Source: a bacterium
GTDB taxonomy: Bacteria > UBA8248
Direction of reading: 5' to 3'
DNA: 64,000 bases
Assembly: GCA_965204535.1 (NCBI GenBank)
Contig: CBDBEV010000001.1
Location: 1,056,001-1,120,000 of the forward strand
The notes under the pieces are model-generated. The model ran no database searches, was not told where the DNA came from, and saw only the letters and a program-made list of their open reading frames with translations. The translations under genes were made by a program, and so were the position numbers. Below are positions 46,123 to 55,310 of the stretch, piece after piece; the stretch's first letter is position 1, and every line of letters starts with the position of its first letter.

Positions 46123-47094
46123 ATGAGGAAATCCACGCTTCGGCTGATTACGTTGGCGGCAGGTCTTGCCTTGGTTATCGGCACGGCCCCGACGGCGAAC
46201 GCAGCCAAAATACTTCTGGGAACGTCCCAGCCCGGCGGCGCCACCTTCGAGATTGGAACCGCGATGGGTAAAGTCATCACGGATAACTCCGGTGGAAAAA
46301 TCTCGGTGGCTGCATCCATTACCGGCGGTTCAACCGCAAATGTTCGCACCCTTCAGAAGAAAGACAAAAACCAAGCCCTCCGTATTGGCATGGCCACGGC
46401 GCCTGCCGTCTCGTGGGGACAAGTGGGCAGAAAACCATTCAAGAAACCCCAAGACGTGCTGGCGTTAGGGGCCCTGTACCCGTTGACGACGGTCTATACC
46501 ACCTTCAAGACCTCCGGAATTAAGAAATGGTCCGACCTCACCGGCAAAAGATTCGTCGTCGGCGGACGCGGGGGTTCCATTTACATCGTTACGCAGCTTG
46601 CACTCAAACACAGCGGCGTAAAAGCGAAAAAAGAATTCTTCAACAACCCCCAGAATGCGGCCGCAATCAGAGACGAAAGGGTGGACGCCGGCTTTTTCTT
46701 CCTGAACGCGAATGTTCCCGCACCAGTATACATGGAACTCGCACGCACGCTCTCCGGCAAACTGCATTTCTTCGGTCCGGATGACGCCACCATCAAAAAG
46801 CTGGCTGATAACGAAGCGGGCATCGTACGCGATGTCGTAGCTGCCGGCTCCATTCCCGGTTACAACAAAGACGTCGTTAGCTGGGGCCAGATGTGGACAT
46901 TGATGACCAACAGCAAAATGAGCAATGCCAACGCATATGGGATCGTTAAAGCTCTGTACGACAATCACAAGCAAATCACCAAGTACCATCCAACCGGGAA
47001 ATACGTTACGAAAAAGACCGGCCTTCGCGGCATGAAGAAACTGAAAATACACCCGGGCGCGTCACGCTATTGGAAAGAAGCAGGCATGATGTAA
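46123..47094 (+). CDS. TAXI-family TRAP solute-binding protein
   Basis: GTSQPGG, TGGS..N and C-terminal IHPGA.RYW; AAGGAG RBS. Confidence 0.92.
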   Translation: MRKSTLRLITLAAGLALVIGTAPTANAAKILLGTSQPGGATFEIGTAMGKVITDNSGGKISVAASITGGSTANVRTLQKKDKNQALRIGMATAPAVSWGQVGRKPFKKPQDVLALGALYPLTTVYTTFKTSGIKKWSDLTGKRFVVGGRGGSIYIVTQLALKHSGVKAKKEFFNNPQNAAAIRDERVDAGFFFLNANVPAPVYMELARTLSGKLHFFGPDDATIKKLADNEAGIVRDVVAAGSIPGYNKDVVSWGQMWTLMTNSKMSNANAYGIVKALYDNHKQITKYHPTGKYVTKKTGLRGMKKLKIHPGASRYWKEAGMM

Positions 47095-47108
47095 GCAACA
47101 ACAAGCCC

Positions 47109-47141
47109 TAAAAAACCCCCTGCTTCGGCGGGGGGTTTTTT
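47109..47141 (+). terminator. Rho-independent terminator
   Basis: CCCCCTGC-TTCG-GCGGGGGG-T run. Confidence 0.85.
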
Positions 47142-47231
47142 GTCGTCTATTCATGCTCATCATGTGCCTTGGAAATGTTATGATGGCCGAATCTTACCTA
47201 TAGCCAGATAATTCATTCCGGGGGGAAGAAA

Positions 47232-47840
47232 ATGAGCACATCCGGTTTTGAAACCTTTCGTCTCGTAAAACCCGATGAAGCCGAAAGCGAGGTTTCACAG
47301 ATTTATGATGAGATATGCCGATTGAAAGACCCGCGCTGGCTGGGGCCTTTGTTCGGTTTTTTCGCTCATGTGCCGGGTCTCCTACGTGGATTCTGGGAGC
47401 TGCAAAAACGTCTCGAAGTGCTGGATGGTCACATTTCGCGAGAGCTGACCAATCGTATCGCAATGGTTTGCGCGGTCGCCTCGGATTGTCCCCGTTGCGT
47501 GAATTTCCACAAAACCGACCTCATTCACCGCATGGAACTCGATGAGTATGAAGTCGAAAAACTCCATGACTTTGAAAATGCAGATTTGCCCGAGTCGGAA
47601 AAAGCAATATTCCGCGTGGCCAGAAAACTTACGCTCAACGAACAACTAACTGACGAAGAGTTTCAAGCGTTGCGCGAGCACGGCTTTGACGAGCCGGCAA
47701 TCGTGGAGATCGTCTCGGTCGCTCTGCTGGAGGGTGGTTTCGCGCGTCACGCAAGCGTTTTGGCCCGTTTTGAAGATGGGATGGACTGGCCGGTGCAACA
47801 TACCCCATCCGCCGAATACCGAAGTGTCATCGACCGCTAA
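47232..47840 (+). CDS. AhpD/CMD-fold protein with CxxC (CPRC)
   Basis: NRIAMVCAVASDCPRCVNFH; IVEIV helix. Confidence 0.85.
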   Translation: MSTSGFETFRLVKPDEAESEVSQIYDEICRLKDPRWLGPLFGFFAHVPGLLRGFWELQKRLEVLDGHISRELTNRIAMVCAVASDCPRCVNFHKTDLIHRMELDEYEVEKLHDFENADLPESEKAIFRVARKLTLNEQLTDEEFQALREHGFDEPAIVEIVSVALLEGGFARHASVLARFEDGMDWPVQHTPSAEYRSVIDR

Positions 47841-47878
47841 AAGCTTACGGACTTATTGGTGCTAAGCGAGAAAGGAGT

Positions 47879-48142
47879 TTATTTCTTGCTATGAACTTGT
47901 GTCAGAAGACTCTTGGGAGGTTGTGTATTTTTAGCCGCTTTGCTTGCGCGAAGATTCTTTGTCTGAGTCAAGGGGGATTGGGGCGGCGCTTTCTTCGTGA
48001 TGTCATACTTAGGTGATTCGGCGGGGTAGTTGTAAAGAGTAACCAGGCACGCATCGGTTTTGCCGTGTGTTTCTTCGGCAAACGCGCTGGACACGCCCAC
48101 AAGAAAGAAAACAACCAACCCCAGAATTTTCAGACAGCCCAC
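47879..48142 (-). CDS. Small hypothetical exported protein
   Basis: Signal-like N-terminus ending AFA; no recognised domain. Confidence 0.4.
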   Translation of the reverse strand: MGCLKILGLVVFFLVGVSSAFAEETHGKTDACLVTLYNYPAESPKYDITKKAPPQSPLTQTKNLRASKAAKNTQPPKSLLTQVHSKK

Positions 48143-48379
48143 AAAATAATCCCCAAGCTATAGACTCATTAGAAAACATACCGGACGATCATACCATGAA
48201 TGTCGACGAAATGGTTCTTCAGCTTGACCCGCTAATTCGTCATGTTGAAAAACAATCTCGACCACTATAAAGTTAGGCAAGTATTCAAAAACTGCAACTT
48301 TACAAATATGGCGGGTAGCGCTAGGCATTCATTCGCTTTTATTTGGAAGCTACACACCTTTATTTGGAAGCTTTATCCC

Positions 48380-50338
48380 GTGCCAGAATCCAAGAATTTG
48401 CTAAAAATGATGAAAATCGACAAGTCCTTTCCGGGCGTTCATGCGCTCAAAGAAGTCGATTTCGATCTCGCCGAAGGTGAAGTCCACATCCTTTTGGGTG
48501 AGAACGGGGCCGGAAAATCCACGCTCATCAAAATTCTGGCAGGCATGTATCACGCCGATTCGGGGCAAATCGAGATTAGCGAAACACCCACCATTATTCC
48601 CGACGCCAGAACCGGGCGCGATCTGGGAATCAGCGTCATCTATCAGGAACTGAACCTGGTGCCTGATCTGAGCGTGGCCAAAAACATCTTCCTGGGTCGT
48701 GAACCGGTCTTGCCCGGTGTCATGAAGCGTGTGGATTGGGCTAAAGTCGAGCAAGAATCCCGCGCAATCATGGAGCGCCTGGACGTGAAAATCGACGTCA
48801 ACGCGCCGGTCCGCTCTCTAAGCGTCGCGGATCAGCAAATGGTGGAGATCGCCCGGGCTCTTGCGTTCGACTGCAAAATATTGGTGATGGATGAACCCAC
48901 GTCTTCTTTGAGCGGCCACGAAATCGAGGAACTCTTCAAGGCGGTCAACCGGTTGCGAGAGCATGGCGTCGGCATCATTTACATCTCCCACCGCCTTGAA
49001 GAAGTCCACGAGATTGGAGACCGCGTCACTGTCCTGCGTGACGGGGAATATATGGGCACGTGGGAAGTCAAGGAGGTGGAACTCGATTTCCTGATCACGC
49101 AGATGGTGGGACGAACGCTCGATGAGAAATTCCCCTGGACGCCCCGTGAACATGGAGAAGTAGCTTTGCGGGTGCGTGGACTCACCCGAAACGGCGTATT
49201 CGAAGACATCAATTTTGACCTCCATTATGGCGAAATCGTCGGCCTCTCGGGTCTCGTAGGCGCGGGAAGAACCGAAGTGGCTCGGGCCGTGATGGGCGCG
49301 GACCCTGTTGATGGCGGCACCGTCGAGATGACCAACGCGACAAAAGAGAAAGAGGAGATACAAAAGCTCCCCCACTACCCGATATGGATGGCGCTCGTGG
49401 ATGTGGTTGTCTTCATGCTGGCTTTGCCTTTGTTCACCGTCATCTTCCAGGGGATTTACGATCCTTTCACGCTCAACATGAACTCACCACCACCACTTTT
49501 CAGTGGGAATTGGTTTTATGAATGGATTCTTGGCGGGCCGTTATACAACATACCGAACGGTCCCACTCCCTATCTCGTCGCCGGCGGATTGGCCGTCCTG
49601 AGGCAATTGGGACTTTGGTTCCTCGAACGTCAGTACCACTGGCGCACCTTGGTCATCGACTTCGCAAGCTGGTACGCCCTGGCGATATGCGCGATGGTCT
49701 TTACGAGTCTGTTCACCCAGAATTTCGTTCTCGAATGGGTCATGATCTGGGGCGGCGTCGCCATGATTGTGATTCGATTCCTGACAATCCTCACGCATGA
49801 GCGCAAGTGGACCCCAACGCTGGCCATACGACGCGGGCTGGGGCTGTTGCCCGAGGACAGGAAAACCCAAGGCCTCACCCAGGTTCTCTCGGTTGCTTAT
49901 AACACCACAAGTGCTAATCTCCGCCGCCTCATCAAGCGTTGGCTGCTCAACCTGAGCATGGAAAAAGATTTCGTCGATGAGCATATCGACCAGCTGAAAA
50001 TCATGACGCCGAACCAGGAGACGCAAATACGCTTTCTCTCGGGCGGCAATCAGCAAAAAGTCGTTCTCGCAAAATGGCTCTTCAGACGCGCCAACGTGCT
50101 CATATTCGATGAGCCGACTCGCGGGATAGACATAGGCGCTAAATTCGAAGTTCACTCGCAGATGCTGCAACTTGCCAAAGACGGCGCTGCGGTTATGATG
50201 ATTTCAAGCGAATTGCCCGAGATTCTCGGGATGAGCGACCGCATTCTGGTGATGCGTGAAGGACGGCTCACCGCAGATATCGACAGAAACGAAGCTACGC
50301 AAGAAGGAATTTTGCGCTACGCAATGACGGCGGATTGA
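48380..50338 (+). CDS. Ribose-type ABC ATPase with a hydrophobic insertion in NBD2 (~652 aa)
   Basis: GENGAGKST, DEPT, GLVGAGRTE, [insertion], PEDRK, LSGGNQQK; GTG start approximate. Confidence 0.9.
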   Translation: MPESKNLLKMMKIDKSFPGVHALKEVDFDLAEGEVHILLGENGAGKSTLIKILAGMYHADSGQIEISETPTIIPDARTGRDLGISVIYQELNLVPDLSVAKNIFLGREPVLPGVMKRVDWAKVEQESRAIMERLDVKIDVNAPVRSLSVADQQMVEIARALAFDCKILVMDEPTSSLSGHEIEELFKAVNRLREHGVGIIYISHRLEEVHEIGDRVTVLRDGEYMGTWEVKEVELDFLITQMVGRTLDEKFPWTPREHGEVALRVRGLTRNGVFEDINFDLHYGEIVGLSGLVGAGRTEVARAVMGADPVDGGTVEMTNATKEKEEIQKLPHYPIWMALVDVVVFMLALPLFTVIFQGIYDPFTLNMNSPPPLFSGNWFYEWILGGPLYNIPNGPTPYLVAGGLAVLRQLGLWFLERQYHWRTLVIDFASWYALAICAMVFTSLFTQNFVLEWVMIWGGVAMIVIRFLTILTHERKWTPTLAIRRGLGLLPEDRKTQGLTQVLSVAYNTTSANLRRLIKRWLLNLSMEKDFVDEHIDQLKIMTPNQETQIRFLSGGNQQKVVLAKWLFRRANVLIFDEPTRGIDIGAKFEVHSQMLQLAKDGAAVMMISSELPEILGMSDRILVMREGRLTADIDRNEATQEGILRYAMTAD

Positions 50339-50360
50339 ACCGCGTTCGGAGGTAGATGGA

Positions 50361-51374
50361 ATGAGCGCTGCAGTCTCGGCGGAAAATGAAAAATTCATCT
50401 TGGGTTATCCGGTAAAGGATATTCCCTGGGAGCGGGTGCTCCTCATTTCCGCGTTCGTAGTCTTGATGATCTTCTACACTTTTGCGACCGAGAATTTCCT
50501 CACCCTCGAAAACTTCGTGAACGTCGTGCGCCGAGACGCATGGCTCTTCTTTTTGGCCTATGCCCAGACATTGGTCATCGTGTCGGCGGGATTCGACCTT
50601 TCGCAAGGCTCCATCATGAGCGTGGTGAGCGTGATGGCCTGGAGCGCGATGCTGCATTTCGGGTTTTTCATCGGCCTCATCGCCGGCCTCGGCATCGGTC
50701 TGCTTTGCGGCGTCATCAACGGGTTTTTCGTCGGCGTCGTCAGGGTGCAGCCATTCATCGCGACACTGGGAATGCTCTTCATCGGCAGCGGCACGGCCCA
50801 GCTTTGGACCGGCGGCCTTCAGATGGGAGGCGCACGCGAGGGCGCAACGCTGCCGAAGCACGTGGAAGAAGCATACGTCTTTCTGGCGAAAGGGAATCTT
50901 GGGCCCATTCCCTTTACATTCATCTGGATACTCATCGCGCTGGGCACCATGTGGTATCTGCTCAAATACACCCGCTTCGGCACTTACGTGTACGCCCTGG
51001 GCGGAAACGAGCAAACGGCGATTTCCGCCGGCATCAACTATCCGGGCATGAAGATCGCCATTTTCGGCATCGGCGGTCTTCTGTGCGGTTTCGCAGGGCT
51101 TCTTCTTTCGGCGAACGTAAGCGCTGCGGGCGAACCCAGGCTGGGCGGCGGCGATCAACTGCTCCAATCGATCGGAGCGACCATCATCGGCGGCACGCAT
51201 ATTTTTGGCGGGCGAGGCGGCGTGCTGGGTACGACGCTGGGTGTTTTCCTGATCATATTCCTGGTGAACGGGCTGAACATCATGGGAATCGACACCTACC
51301 GACAACAAATCATCGTCGGTTTGGTGATTCTCGCCTCCATCTGGGTCAGCACCCTGCGCGAGCAGAAAAACTAA
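50361..51374 (+). CDS. Sugar ABC permease
   Basis: DLSQGS, PFIATL, GGNE..A..AGI and IGGT...GG.G motifs. Confidence 0.93.
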   Translation: MSAAVSAENEKFILGYPVKDIPWERVLLISAFVVLMIFYTFATENFLTLENFVNVVRRDAWLFFLAYAQTLVIVSAGFDLSQGSIMSVVSVMAWSAMLHFGFFIGLIAGLGIGLLCGVINGFFVGVVRVQPFIATLGMLFIGSGTAQLWTGGLQMGGAREGATLPKHVEEAYVFLAKGNLGPIPFTFIWILIALGTMWYLLKYTRFGTYVYALGGNEQTAISAGINYPGMKIAIFGIGGLLCGFAGLLLSANVSAAGEPRLGGGDQLLQSIGATIIGGTHIFGGRGGVLGTTLGVFLIIFLVNGLNIMGIDTYRQQIIVGLVILASIWVSTLREQKN

Positions 51375-51389
51375 GGGGGATTCAACATC

Positions 51390-52385
51390 ATGGCGAATGT
51401 AGCGGAGGCTCCGGTCAGACCATCGGCCTCCTTGTTGGCCAACTTCAATTACGAAAAATATGGTTTGCTCGTCGTGTTCATCCTGATGATGATCATATTT
51501 TACGTTCTCCAGTTGATGGGCTACGTGAACAACTTCATCGAAGCCCATAATTTGACCAACCAACTCAGAAACGCATCTCTCCTGTTCTTCATCGTCGCGG
51601 GCCAGAGCATGGTGCTCCTCGTTTCAGGCATCGATTTGAGTCAAGGTTCCCTGCTCAGCCTCTCGAGCGTCGTGATGGCGCAGGGCATACTGGACTTCGG
51701 CCTTGCCGTGGGCGTGTTGATGGGCATCGGAATGGCGACGATTTTCGGTTTCATCAACGGCTACCTCGTGGGCCGCGTGAAGATACAGCCTTTCATCGTC
51801 ACCCTGAGCATGCTCTTCATCTGCGCAGGCATCGCACTGGTATTCACGGGCGGTCGCACCATTCACCAGTTCACGGGCGAGCAAAAAGATATCCTGCAAG
51901 CCATCGGGCTCACGGATTTCTTCCACATCCCCGGCACGCTGTTCATCGCCATCTTCTTCTTCATCATTCTCTACCTGCTGACGAAACGAACGGTGCTCGG
52001 CCGGGCGATCTATCTAACCGGTGGGAACGAGGAGGCCGCGCGCCTCTCGGGCATCGATACCGGCAAGGTGAAACTCATTTGCTACTTGATCAGCGGCATC
52101 TGCGTGGGCATCACCTCGTTCCTTTACCTGGCAAGACTCCCGGCCACGAACGGCCTCGCGGGGTTTCAGCTTGAATTCCAGTCCCTGGCGGCCACCGTGG
52201 TGGGAGGCACGACGTTCCACGGCGGCGAGGGGGGCGTGACGCAAGCCGCGATCGGGACGCTGTTCCTGACATTTTTGCTCAATGGCCTCATTCTGCTGGG
52301 CGTAGGAACATTCGCCCGGGAGGTGGTGGTAGGCTTGTTGCTCATTGCGGCAGTGGTTTTGAGTTCCCGCAAGCGGCGGGAATAG
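51390..52385 (+). CDS. Sugar ABC permease
   Basis: IDLS.GS, PFIVTL and GGNEEAARLSGI motifs. Confidence 0.93.
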   Translation: MANVAEAPVRPSASLLANFNYEKYGLLVVFILMMIIFYVLQLMGYVNNFIEAHNLTNQLRNASLLFFIVAGQSMVLLVSGIDLSQGSLLSLSSVVMAQGILDFGLAVGVLMGIGMATIFGFINGYLVGRVKIQPFIVTLSMLFICAGIALVFTGGRTIHQFTGEQKDILQAIGLTDFFHIPGTLFIAIFFFIILYLLTKRTVLGRAIYLTGGNEEAARLSGIDTGKVKLICYLISGICVGITSFLYLARLPATNGLAGFQLEFQSLAATVVGGTTFHGGEGGVTQAAIGTLFLTFLLNGLILLGVGTFAREVVVGLLLIAAVVLSSRKRRE

Positions 52386-52474
52386 GAAATATGTTTATAC
52401 TGTAGTCATTTTTCCCTTTCGCGGAGGAGAGAACATCCGTCCGTGAAACCCATTCTGCGACGAGGAGATACAAG

Positions 52475-53533
52475 ATGAGAAAACTGTTCCGCACTTTCAT
52501 GATTCTCGCTTCCGTCGTCACGTTTATGTTCGTGTCGATGGCGGCAACCCCGGACGCCGACGCCCGGGTGAAGGCGAAGAAGAAATACAAGATCGCCGTC
52601 GTCGTGCCGAACGGCGTCGACCCCTATTTCTTCTCGAAATGGTACGGCAGCGTCCAGGCGGCCAAAAAAGCCGGTGTGACCGTGACGATGTTCGATGCAG
52701 GCGGCTATGAGTTCCTGCCCAAGCAGGTGGCCCACGTGGAGGACATCATCGCGGCGAAGTACGACGGGATGATCATCTGCCCCATCAGCACCAAGGGGAT
52801 GGTGGACGCCGTACACAAGGCGATGGAAAAAGGCGTCAAGGTCGTCGTGGACAACATCGACCTCGACAGTGATCGCGTCAAGAACCGCGTCATGAAAAAC
52901 AGCTACGAACTGGGCGTTCTCATCGCCTCCACCCTGGCGCATGGCATCAATTACGAGGGCAAAGTCATGATGCTGCCCGGACCCAGCGGCATCGAGATGG
53001 TGACCTCCATGGCCAAGGGCTTCGAGGAGTACATGAGCCACTACCCGAAAATCAAGATTGTGGCCAAGGAATTCACCAAGTCCAACGTGCAGCATGCATA
53101 CCAGACGGCGGAAGACCTGCTCAAGAAACATCCCGACGTAAAAGGCATCTACCCTTGGGCGACGCTCATCGCTCGCGGCACGGTGGACGCCGTGAAAGCG
53201 GCCGGTTACAAGCCCGGCCAGATCAAGATCGTGACGCACAACCTCGTCGTCGGCATCGAAAAAGACATTCGCGACGGCTGGGTGCATGCGGCTGTCCTGG
53301 CCGAGCAGATCGCCATGGCGAGTGAGGCTGTTTATAACGTGATCGATCTGATAGAAGGACGCCTGCCTCCCGGCACACCCTACCGTGGCGGCACGCTCAG
53401 CTACATCCAGAACTACATGGCTTTCCAGCACAACCTCGACATTCTGGATCGAAGCGGCATCGAGGCGCCCAAGAACTGGATGATCAAGCGCCAGAAACGT
53501 GCGGCGAACATCGTGGGCGGAAAACGCCGTTAA
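52475..53533 (+). CDS. Sugar ABC periplasmic binding protein
   Basis: Signal peptide; DPYF, Q...VED.I and KGVKVV motifs of periplasmic binding fold type 1. Confidence 0.88.
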   Translation: MRKLFRTFMILASVVTFMFVSMAATPDADARVKAKKKYKIAVVVPNGVDPYFFSKWYGSVQAAKKAGVTVTMFDAGGYEFLPKQVAHVEDIIAAKYDGMIICPISTKGMVDAVHKAMEKGVKVVVDNIDLDSDRVKNRVMKNSYELGVLIASTLAHGINYEGKVMMLPGPSGIEMVTSMAKGFEEYMSHYPKIKIVAKEFTKSNVQHAYQTAEDLLKKHPDVKGIYPWATLIARGTVDAVKAAGYKPGQIKIVTHNLVVGIEKDIRDGWVHAAVLAEQIAMASEAVYNVIDLIEGRLPPGTPYRGGTLSYIQNYMAFQHNLDILDRSGIEAPKNWMIKRQKRAANIVGGKRR

Positions 53534-53556
53534 GTATCATCCCGCCACTGAACACC

Positions 53557-53588
53557 AAAAGCCCCGCCGGGCAACCGGCGGGGCTTTA
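53557..53588. terminator. Bidirectional terminator
   Basis: AAAAGCCCCGCCGG-GCAA-CCGGCGGGGCTTT. Confidence 0.85.
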
Positions 53589-53610
53589 TCATTGAAACGC
53601 CTGGTTTCGC

Positions 53611-54693
53611 CTACAAGCCCTTCACGTATATGCTGAGCCCCATCCGCCCCGTCGACCCGCCGGGTTGCGGATCGGAAATCTCATCCGTCTGCACTTTTCC
53701 TGCGCCATCCAATGCCCGCACCGTCGCCGGATAGAAACCGTTTTCCTCAAAACGCATGGGAAACGCCCAGACGCTCCAGGCGAGAGGCCCGAGAGGCTTT
53801 TTGAGCAAGGCGGGCGCCCAGGGCCGCAAACGCTCACCCTGCCCATAGGTTACCTCCACCTTGCGGATTCCCCTGTCCCCCGCGAAAGCAGACCCCACGA
53901 GCCACACTTTGGATGTCCGCACCTCAACGCGTCTTCTGGGAGCTTCAAAACGACTGAGCGTCTCGACGATTGCCTCATCCGACCACCCCCGCCGTTGCCA
54001 ATAGCCGCCATGGCCCTTGGTCGCAACCTCAATGGATTCAATCCATTTTACGTTCTTGAGGCCGTAGGTCCCCGGCACGAGGAGCCTGAGCGGAGCGCCG
54101 TGATCTCTCGGCAAAGGTTCTCCGTTCATCCTGGTGCAGAGAAGCGTTCTCGAATCGAGTGCCTGCTCCAGGGATATGGAATCATGATACCCGTCCGCCG
54201 CGCGGAAAATCACCCGGGCGGATACAGAGCGGCGAACGCTTTCCGCGACGCCCGCCCGCTCGATGAGGGTTCTGAGCGGCACCCCTTCCCACAGGGCGTT
54301 CCCAATCTGACCGCCGCCCACGGGGTTCCCGATGCAGGTCATCGTCGCCCAGGTTCGCTCCTGCCTGAGCGCGCCCAACGCCGCATAAGTAGCGGAAAAA
54401 GGCTCCGTTACCTCACCCGTTATTTTCAGCCGCCATTTCTTGCGGGAGAGCCCGGGCGCCGAATGGCCGATGCTTTGCACGTAGAATTTATCGTTCGCGG
54501 TGACTTCGGGAACGACGCGCGCGGCGAAATCGAGAATCCCCTCCCCGGGTCCGGGCGTCTCGACGGGGCGGCTGTTCAGCCAATCGAACAGGCGGCCCAT
54601 CATCGAGGCCTGCGCCTCGCGCGGAACCCCGATGACGGCGAGGGGCGCGACTCGCCCCGCAACCCGCAATAGATGGCGTCTGGAAACCCTCAT
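53611..54693 (-). CDS. Sulfite-oxidase-family molybdopterin oxidoreductase, Tat-exported
   Basis: SRRHLL Tat motif; C(IGN), NALWEGVPL, HGAPLRLLVPG.YG.KNVKW and GYW..RGW motifs; GGAGG RBS. Confidence 0.9.
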   Translation of the reverse strand: MRVSRRHLLRVAGRVAPLAVIGVPREAQASMMGRLFDWLNSRPVETPGPGEGILDFAARVVPEVTANDKFYVQSIGHSAPGLSRKKWRLKITGEVTEPFSATYAALGALRQERTWATMTCIGNPVGGGQIGNALWEGVPLRTLIERAGVAESVRRSVSARVIFRAADGYHDSISLEQALDSRTLLCTRMNGEPLPRDHGAPLRLLVPGTYGLKNVKWIESIEVATKGHGGYWQRRGWSDEAIVETLSRFEAPRRRVEVRTSKVWLVGSAFAGDRGIRKVEVTYGQGERLRPWAPALLKKPLGPLAWSVWAFPMRFEENGFYPATVRALDGAGKVQTDEISDPQPGGSTGRMGLSIYVKGL

Positions 54694-54712
54694 GGTGCTC
54701 CTCCACCAGGAA

Positions 54713-55135
54713 AACCGCTCCCCGATTCTACGATAAAACCGCCGATTCATGAAATTTCCGCCCCTCACCCCCGCAAATGCGGGCAGTTGCGGGCAAATGC
54801 GCGGGAGGCGAAAAACTTTTTTTACCGCTATATCTGAGTGTGGGACGCTCAGATTCATATGATAACTCGTTTTATTACAATGTTTTATCTGGCCATCATT
54901 TTTCAGGAATTTATCGAAAAACCCCGTGAATTTATCGAATTTTACGGGAAATAGGATTATTTGCATTTTTATCGTCATTCCCGAGTCCATGAGCATGATT
55001 TCTCTCCTCAAAACGATTTCCGTCCCTTCCTGAAGACGGTGCGTGGGCGGCGATTACCGCTTTTCTTCGCCGCGCGCACGATAGCGGATTACGGGATTTC
55101 AGGGAGTACGGCAAATGCGGGGAAATGCGCGCGCG
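54713..55135. repeat. AT-rich dispersed element with a promoter-like end
   Basis: 10-mer arrays at both ends, AATTTATCGA twice, minus-strand TTCATG-N17-TAGAAT. Confidence 0.65.
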
Positions 55136-55310
55136 GGAGAACCGGGCGGGGAGGGCTGTTCAAAAAGTCCCTGAGAAGGTAATGGCACCCCCCTGAAAGG
55201 GAAACCCCATTAAGGCAACCCCCCCTACCCCCCCTTGTCAGGGGGGTATGAAAAGGCGATGCGCTCCCGCCGGGCTGAGGGGGTTTTGCTTCTTCTTACC
55301 CCCCTGACAA

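Noticed and set aside
49331-49810. Intein in the ABC ATPase
   Set aside because: No N-terminal Cys/Ser with C-terminal His-Asn splice motifs; the insert is hydrophobic and helix-like
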